Shown in pieces: positions 1 through 8,500 of a stretch of DNA of 12,407 bases (the first letter of the stretch is position 1; each line of letters begins with the position of its first letter). The DNA is from Takakia lepidozioides (lineage: Eukaryota > Plantae > Bryophyta). The stretch spans positions 1 through 12,407 of the forward strand of contig JAKLZA010000309.1 in assembly GCA_030704615.1 (NCBI GenBank), written 5' to 3'. The translations under genes and the position numbers were made by a program. A model generated the notes under the pieces. The model made no database searches. It was given only the letters and a program-made list of their open reading frames with translations, and was not told where the DNA came from.

Positions 1-20
1 ACACTGGGACGTATCAGAGG

Positions 21-424
21 GTACATTGAACACACTGGCCAAGTTTCAATTTTTGGCGGGGGAGTAGCCGTGGGATGCTGGAAGCCGCAGAACAAAATCG
101 ATACGTGCCAAAAACCCCCACTGAAAGGCAGTGCAAACCTATTTATTGGCTTAAAATAAATTTAAATTGTGGAATGGCTTGAGGGGGGAGCGCGTCGATG
201 GGGAGGCAAATGATATATTAGTCTGTTGTGTCTCCGCACATGTGTCGCACACATGCAGGCAAAAGAGGGGTTTCAACCACATCCGTTCAATGGGTGCAAT
301 AGCCGTGCATGCATTGCAGGATTTCTTTTTCGCATTGAACAAAAACCAGATGACAAGTGAACGCCTCATTGGACAATCGAACGATTTTCGATTGATCTCG
401 TATTACACTGGGACGTATCAGATG
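21..424. repeat. Representative long-class monomer (404 bp, carries the 15-bp segment)
   Basis: Anchor-to-anchor distance is 21 to 425. It contains CGTAT-TACACTGGGA-CGTAT at 399-418. By manual count, 14 of 31 complete monomers are this class (M1, 2, 4, 5, 8, 9, 11, 16, 17, 19, 25, 26, 28, 30). The monomer phase is arbitrary. Confidence 0.95.
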
Positions 425-495
425 GTACATTGAACACACTGGCCAAGTTTCAATTTTTGGCGGGGGAGTAGCCGTGGGATGATGGAAGCCGCAGA
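366..495 (+). ncRNA. Speculative Sm-class / spliced-leader-like small RNA module (one per monomer; first full copy shown)
   Basis: Hairpin at 374-394, G|GTAC donor-like site at 425, hairpin TTGAA..TTCAA at 430-453, Sm-site-like AATTTTTGG at 452-460, and weak 3' stem GCGG..CCGC at 460-492. This rests on motif order only. It is not an exact match to any SL or snRNA that I recognise. Confidence 0.2.
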
Positions 496-3400
496 ACAAA
501 ATCGATACGTGCCAAAAACCCCCACTGAAAGGCAGTGCAAACCTATTTATTGGCTTAAAATAAAATTTAAATTGTGGAATGGCTTGAGGGGGGAGCGCGT
601 CGATGGGGAGGCAAATGATATATTAGTCTGTTGTGTCTCCGCACATGTTCAAGCACATGCAGGCAAAAGAGGGGTTTCAACCACATCCGTTCAATGGGTG
701 CAATAGCCGTGCATGCATTGCAGGATTTCTTTTTCGCATTGAACAAAAACCAGATGACAAGTGAACGCCTCATTGGACAATCGAACGATTTTCGATTGAT
801 CTCGTATTACACTGGGACGTATCAGAGGGTACATTGAACACACTGGCCAAGTTTCAATTTTTGGCGGGGGAGTAGCCGTGGGATGCTGGAAGGCGCAGAA
901 CAAAATCGATACGTGCCAAAAACCCCCACTGAAAGGCAGTGCAAACCTATTTATTGGCTTAAAATAAATTTAAATTGTGGAATGGCTTGAGGGGGAGCGC
1001 CTCGATGGGGAGGCAAATGATATATTAGTCTGTTGTGTCTCCGCACGTGTTCGCACACATGCAGGCAAAAGAGGGGTTTCAACCACATCCGTTCAATGGG
1101 TGCAATAGCCGTGCATGCATTGCAGGATTTCTTTTTCGCATTGAACAAAAACCAGATGACAAGTGAACGCCTCATTGGACAATCGAACGATTTTCGATTG
1201 ATCTCGTATCAGAGGGTACATTGAACACACTGGCCAAGTTTCAATTTTTGGCGGGGGAGTAGCCGTGGGATGCTGGAAGCCGCAGAACAAAATCGATACG
1301 TGCCAAAAACCCCCACTGAAAGGCAGTGCAAACCTATTTATTGGCTTAAAATAAAATTTAAATTGTGGAATGGCTTGAGGGGGGAGCGCGTCGATGGGGA
1401 GGCAAATGATATATTAGTCTGTTGTGTCTCCGCACATGTGTCGCACACATGCAGGCAAAAGAGGGGTTTCAACCACATCCGTTCAATGGGTGCAATAGCC
1501 GTGCATGCATTGCAGGATTTCTTTTTCGCATTGAACAAAAACCAGATGACAAGTGAACGCCTCATTGGACAATCGAACGATTTTCGATTGATCTCGTATT
1601 ACACTGGGACGTATCAGATGGTACATTGAACACACTGGCCAAGTTTCAATTTTTGGCGGGGGAGTAGCCGTGGGATGCTGGAAGCCGCAGAACAAAATCG
1701 ATACGTGCCAAAAACCCCCACTGAAAGGCAGTGCAAACCTATTTATTGGCTTAAAATAAATTTAAATTGTGGAATGGCTTGAGGGGGGAGCGCGTCGATG
1801 GGGAGGCAAATGATATATTAGTCTGTTGTGTCTCCGCACATGTTCAAGCACATGCAGGCAAAAGAGGGGTTTCAACCACATCCGTTCAATGGGTGCAATA
1901 GCCGTGCATGCATTGCAGGATTTCTTTTTCGCATTGAACAAAAACCAGATGACAAGTGAACGCCTCATTGGACAATCGAACGATTTTCGATTGATCTCGT
2001 ATTACAGTGGGACGTATCAGAGGGTACATTGAACACACTGGCCAAGTTTCAATTTTTGGCGGGGGAGTAGCCGTGGGATGCTGGAAGCCGCAGAACAAAA
2101 TCGATACGTGCCAAAAACCCCCACTGAAAGGCAGTGCAAACCTATTTATTGGCTTAAAATAAATTTAAATTGTGGAATGGCTTGAGGGGGGAGCGCCTCG
2201 ATGGGGAGGCAAATGATATATTAGTCTGTTGTGTCTCCGCACGTGTTCGCACACATGCAGGCAAAAGAGGGGTTTCAACCACATCCGTTCAATGGGTGCA
2301 ATAGCCGTGCATGCATTGCAGGATTTCTTTTTCGCATTGAACAAAAACCAGATGACAAGTGAACGCCTCATTGGACAATCGAACGATTTTCGATTGATCT
2401 CGTATCAGAGGGTACATTGAACACACTGGCCAAGTTTCAATTTTTGGCGGGGGAGTAGCCGTGGGATGCTGGAAGCCGCAGAACAAAATCGATACGTGCC
2501 AAAAACCCCCACTGAAAGGCAGTGCAAACCTATTTATTGGCTTAAAATAAATTTAAATTGTGGAATGGCTTGAGGGGGGAGCGCGTCGATGGGGAGGCAA
2601 ATGATATATTAGTCTGTTGTGTCTCCGCACCTGTGTCGCACAGATGCAGGCAAAAGAGGGGTTTCAACCACATCCGTTCAATGGGTGCAATAGCCGTGCA
2701 TGCATTGCAGGATTTCTTTTTCGCATTGAACAAAAACCAGATGACAAGTGAACGCCTCATTGGACAATCGAACGATTTTCGATTGATCTCGTATCAGAGG
2801 GTACATTGAACACACTGGCCAAGTTTCAATTTTTGGCGGGGGAGTAGCCGTGGGATGCTGGAAGCCGCAGAACAAAATCGATACGTGCCAAAAACCCCCA
2901 CTGAAAGGCAGTGCAAACCTATTTATTGGCTTAAAATAAATTTAAATTGTGGAAAGGCTTGAGGGGGGATCGCGTCGATGGGGAGGCAAATGATATATTA
3001 GTCTGTTGTGTCTCCGCACATGTTTCGCACACATGCAGGCAAAAGAGGGGTTTCAACCACATCCGTTCAATGGGTGCAATAGCCGTGCATGCATTGCACG
3101 ATTTCTTTTTCGCATTGAACAAAAACCAGATGACAAGTGAACGCCTCATTGGACAATCGAACGATTTTCGATTGATCTCGTATTACACTGGGACGTATCA
3201 GAGGGTACATTGAACACACTGGCCAAGTTTCAATTTTTGGCGGGGGAGTAGCCGTGGGATGCTGGAAGCCGCAGAACAAAATCGATACGTGCCAAAAACC
3301 CCCACTGAAAGGCAGTGCAAACCTATTTATTGGCTTAAAATAAATTTAAATTGTGGAATGGCTTGAGGGGGGAGCGCCTCGATGGGGAGGCAAATGATAT

Positions 3401-4399
3401 ATTAGTCTGTTGTGTCTCCGCACGTGTTCGCACACATGCAGGCAAAAGAGGGGTTTCAACCACATCCGTTCAATGGGTGCAATAGCCGTGCATGCATTGC
3501 AGGATTTCTTTTTCGCATTGAACAAAAACCAGATGACAAGTGAACGCCTCATTGGACAATCGAACGATTTTCGATTGATCTCGTATTACACTGGGACGTA
3601 TCAGAGGGTACATTGAACACACTGGCCAAGTTTCAATTTTTGGCGGGGGAGTAGCCGTGGGATGCTGGAAGCCGCAGAACAAAATCGATACGTGCCAAAA
3701 ACCCCCACTGAAAGGCAGTGCAAACCTATTTATTGGCTTAAAATAAAATTTAAATTGTGGAATGGCTTGAGGGGGGAGCGCGTCGATGGGGAGGCAAATG
3801 ATATATTAGTCTGTTGTGTCTCCGCACATGTTCGCACACATGCAGGCAAAAGAGGGGTTTCAACCACATCCGTTCAATGGGTGCAATAGCCGTGCATGCA
3901 TTGCAGGATTTCTTTTTCGCATTGAACAAAAACCAGATGACAAGTGAACGCCTCATTGGACAATCGAACGATTTTCGATTGATCTCGTATCAGAAGGTAC
4001 ATTGAACACACTGGCCAAGTTTCAATTTTTGGCGGGGGAGTAGCCGTGGGATGCTGGAAGCCGCAGAACAAAATCGATACGTGCCAAAAACCCCCACTGA
4101 AAGGCAGTGCAAACCTATTTATTGGCTTAAAATAAATTTAAATTGTGGAATGGCTTGAGGGGGGAGCGCCTCGATGGGGAGGCAAATGATATATTAGTCT
4201 GTTGTGTCTCCGCACGTGTTCGCACACATGCAGGCAAAAGAGGGGTTTCAACCACATCCGTTCAATGGGTGCAATAGCCGTGCATGCATTGCAGGATTTC
4301 TTTTTCGCATTGAACAAAAACCAGATGACAAGTGAACGCCTCATTGGACAATCGAACGATTTTCGATTGATCTCGTATTACACTGGGACGTATCAGAGG

Positions 4400-5563
4400 G
4401 TACATTGAACACACTGGCCAAGTTTCAATTTTTGGCGGGGGAGTAGCCGTGGGATGCTGGAAGCCGCAGAACAAAATCGATACGTGCCAAAAACCCCCAC
4501 TGAAAGGCAGTGCAAACCTATTTATTGGCTTAAAATAAATTTAAATTGTGGAATGGCTTGAGGGGGGAGCGCCTCGATGGGGAGGCAAATGATATATTAG
4601 TCTGTTGTGTCTCCGCACGTGTTCGCACACATGCAGGCAAAAGAGGGGTTTCAACCACATCCGTTCAATGGGTGCAATAGCCGTGCATGCATTGCAGGAT
4701 TTCTTTTTCGCATTGAACAAAAACCAGATGACAAGTGAACGCCTCATTGGACAATCGAACGATTTTCGATTGATCTCGTATCAGAGGGTACATTGAACAC
4801 ACTGGCCAAGTTTCAATTTTTGGCGGGGGAGTAGCCGTGGGATGCTGGAAGCCGCAGAACAAAATCGATACGTGCCAAAAACCCCCACTGAAAGGCAGTG
4901 CAAACCTATTTATTGGCTTAAAATAAATTTAAATTGTGGAATGGCTTGAGGGGGGAGCGCCTCGATGGGGAGGCAAATGATATATTAGTCTGTTGTGTCT
5001 CCGCACGTGTTCGCACACATGCAGGCAAAAGAGGGGTTTCAACCACATCCGTTCAATGGGTGCAATAGCCGTGCATGCATTGCAGGATTTCTTTTTCGCA
5101 TTGAACAAAAACCAGATGACAAGTGAACGCCTCATTGGACAATCGAACGATTTTCGATTGATCTCGTATCAGAGGGTACATTGAACACACTGGCCAAGTT
5201 TCAATTTTTGGCGGGGGAGTAGCCGTGGGATGCTGGAAGCCGCAGAACAAAATCGATACGTGCCAAAAACCCCCACTGAAAGGCAGTGCAAACCTATTTA
5301 TTGGCTTAAAATAAATTTAAATTGTGGAATGGCTTGAGGGGGGAGCGCCTCGATGGGGAGGCAAATGATATATTAGTCTGTTGTGTCTCCGCACGTGTTC
5401 GCACACATGCAGGCAAAAGAGGGGTTTCAACCACATCCGTTCAATGGGTGCAATAGCCGTGCATGCATTGCAGGATTTCTTTTTCGCATTGAACAAAAAC
5501 CAGATGACAAGTGAACGCCTCATTGGACAATCGAACGATTTTCGATTGATCTCGTATCAGAGG
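4400..5563. repeat. Run of three short-class (388 bp) monomers of one subtype
   Basis: Period is exactly 388. Each copy has GAGCGCCTCG and GCACGTGTTCGCACAC and lacks the 15-bp segment. ORF-track translations are identical. Confidence 0.93.
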
Positions 5564-8500
5564 GTACATTGAACACACTGGCCAAGTTTCAATTTTTGGC
5601 GGGGGAGTAGCCGTGGGATGCTGGAAGCCGCAGAACAAAATCGATACGTGCCAAAAACCCCCACTGAAAGGCAGTGCAAACCTATTTATTGGCTTAAAAT
5701 AAATTTAAATTGTGGAATGGCTTGAGGGGGGAGCGCGTCGATGGGGAGGCAAATGATATATTAGTCTGTTGTGTCTCCGCACCTGTGTCGCACACATGCA
5801 GGCAAAAGAGGGGTTTCAACCACATCCGTTCAATGGGTGCAATAGCCGTGCATGCATTGCAGGATTTCTTTTTCGCATTGAACAAAAACCAGATGACAAG
5901 TGAACGCCTCATTGGACAATCGAACGATTTTCGATTGATCTCGTATCAGAGGGTACATTGAACACACTGGCCAAGTTTCAATTTTTGGCGGGGGAGTAGC
6001 CGTGGGATGCTGGAAGCCGCAGAACAAAATCGATACGTGCCAAAAACCCCCACTGAAAGGCAGTGCAAACCTATTTATTGGCTTAAAATAAATTTAAATT
6101 GTGGAAAGGCTTGAGGGGGGATCGCGTCGATGGGGAGGCAAATGATATATTAGTCTGTTGTGTCTCCGCACATGTTTCGCACACATGCAGGCAAAAGAGG
6201 GGTTTCAACCACATCCGTTCAATGGGTGCAATAGCCGTGCATGCATTGCACGATTTCTTTTTCGCATTGAACAAAAACCAGATGACAAGTGAACGCCTCA
6301 TTGGACAATCGAACGATTTTCGATTGATCTCGTATTACACTGGGACGTATCAGAGGGTACATTGAACACACTGGCCAAGTTTCAATTTTTGGCGGGGGAG
6401 TAGCCGTGGGATGCTGGAAGCCGCAGAACAAAATCGATACGTGCCAAAAACCCCCACTGAAAGGCAGTGCAAACCTATTTATTGGCTTAAAATAAATTTA
6501 AATTGTGGAATGGCTTGAGGGGGGAGCGCGTCGATGGGGAGGCAAATGATATATTAGTCTGTTGTGTCTCCGCACATGTGTCGCACACATGCAGGCAAAA
6601 GAGGGGTTTCAACCACATCCGTTCAATGGGTGCAATAGCCGTGCATGCATTGCAGGATTTCTTTTTCGCATTGAACAAAAACCAGATGACAAGTGAACGC
6701 CTCATTGGACAATCGAACGATTTTCGATTGATCTCGTATTACACTGGGACGTATCAGAGGGTACATTGAACACACTGGCCAAGTTTCAATTTTTGGCGGG
6801 GGAGTAGCCGTGGGATGCTGGAAGCCGCAGAACAAAATCGATACGTGCCAAAAACCCCCACTGAAAGGCAGTGCAAACCTATTTATTGGCTTAAAAAAAA
6901 TTTAAATTGTGGAATGGCTTGAGGGGGAGCGCGTCGATGGGGAGGCAAATGATATATTAGTCTGTTGTGTCTCCGCACATGTGTCGCACACATGCAGGCA
7001 AAAGAGGGGTTTCAACCACATCCGTTCAATGGGTGCAATAGCCGTGCATGCATTGCAGGATTTCTTTTTCGCATTGAACAAAAACCAGATGACAAGTGAA
7101 CGCCTCATTGGACAATCGAACGATTTTCGATTGATCTCGTATCAGAGGGTACATTGAACACACTGGCCAAGTTTCAATTTTTGGCGGGGGAGTAGCCGTG
7201 GGATGCTGGAAGCCGCAGAACAAAATCGATACGTGCCAAAAACCCCCACTGAAAGGCAGTGCAAACCTATTTATTGGCTTAAAATAAAATTTAAATTGTG
7301 GAATGGCTTGAGGGGGGAGCGCGTCGATGGGGAGGCAAATGATATATTAGTCTGTTGTGTCTCCGCACATGTGTCGCACACATGCAGGCAAAAGAGGGGT
7401 TTCAACCACATCCGTTCAATGGGTGCAATAGCCGTGCATGCATTGCAGGATTTCTTTTTCGCATTGAACAAAAACCAGATGACAAGTGAACGCCTCATTG
7501 GACAATCGAACGATTTTCGATTGATCTCGTATTACACTGGGACGTATCAGATGGTACATTGAACACACTGGCCAAGTTTCAATTTTTGGCGGGGGAGTAG
7601 CCGTGGGATGCTGGAAGCCGCAGAACAAAATCGATACGTGCCAAAAACCCCCACTGAAAGGCAGTGCAAACCTATTTATTGGCTTAAAATAAATTTAAAT
7701 TGTGGAATGGCTTGAGGGGGGAGCGCCTCGATGGGGAGGCAAATGATATATTAGTCTGTTGTGTCTCCGCACGTGTTCGCACACATGCAGGCAAAAGAGG
7801 GGTTTCAACCACATCCGTTCAATGGGTGCAATAGCCGTGCATGCATTGCAGGATTTCTTTTTCGCATTGAACAAAAACCAGATGACAAGTGAACGCCTCA
7901 TTGGACAATCGAACGATTTTCGATTGATCTCGTATCAGAGGGTACATTGAACACACTGGCCAAGTTTCAATTTTTGGCGGGGGAGTAGCCGTGGGATGCT
8001 GGAAGCCGCAGAACAAAATCGATACGTGCCAAAAACCCCCACTGAAAGGCAGTGCAAACCTATTTATTGGCTTAAAATAAATTTAAATTGTGGAATGGCT
8101 TGAGGGGGGAGCGCCTCGATGGGGAGGCAAATGATATATTAGTCTGTTGTGTCTCCGCACGTGTTCGCACACATGCAGGCAAAAGAGGGGTTTCAACCAC
8201 ATCCGTTCAATGGGTGCAATAGCCGTGCATGCATTGCAGGATTTCTTTTTCGCATTGAACAAAAACCAGATGACAAGTGAACGCCTCATTGGACAATCGA
8301 ACGATTTTCGATTGATCTCGTATCAGAGGGTACATTGAACACACTGGCCAAGTTTCAATTTTTGGCGGGGGAGTAGCCGTGGGATGCTGGAAGCCGCAGA
8401 ACAAAATCGATACGTGCCAAAAACCCCCACTGAAAGGCAGTGCAAACCTATTTATTGGCTTAAAATAAATTTAAATTGTGGAATGGCTTGAGGGGGGAGC

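Larger units (their letters stand above)
21..2411. repeat. Duplicated 3-monomer higher-order unit (~1195 bp x2: 21-1215 and 1216-2411)
   Basis: The same subtype order occurs twice: [ATGTGTCGCAC, long, CAGATGG], then [ATGTTCAAGCAC, long], then [GCCTCG/GTGTTCGCAC, short]. The TTCAAGC variant occurs only in M2 and M5. Confidence 0.85.

Noticed and set aside
172-207. G-rich tract (GAGGGGGGAG..GGGGAGG) as a G-quadruplex or Shine-Dalgarno site
   Set aside because: There are too few separate closely spaced G3+ runs for a canonical G4. The ATG after GGAGG opens only ATG-ATA-TAT-TAG, so the site is coincidental.
169-260. tRNA/SINE-like Pol III A-box (TGGCTTGAGGG) and B-box-like GTTC(A/G) motifs
   Set aside because: Both are poor matches and no cloverleaf forms. 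The B-box-like position is the most variable site in the monomer and lacks GTTC in many copies.
21-424. 5S rRNA, U1/U2/U4/U5/U6 snRNA or histone-gene tandem unit
   Set aside because: I found none of the hallmark sequences on either strand (5S conserved blocks, U1 ACTTACCTG, U2 GTAGTA branch-pairing region, U5 loop CCTTTTAC, U6 ACAGAGA) and no histone ORF.
1178-1212. Hammerhead-like core on the minus strand of short monomers (CTGA-TAC-GA-GAT-CA-ATC-GAAA-ATCG-TT-CGAT-TG), suggesting a retrozyme array
   Set aside because: The core is CUGAUACGA rather than CUGANGA. The would-be cleavage nucleotide is G, which violates NUH. No stem I forms, and the 15-bp segment interrupts the motif in long copies. 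The plus-strand CAGATGA..GAAC also lacks the conserved core.
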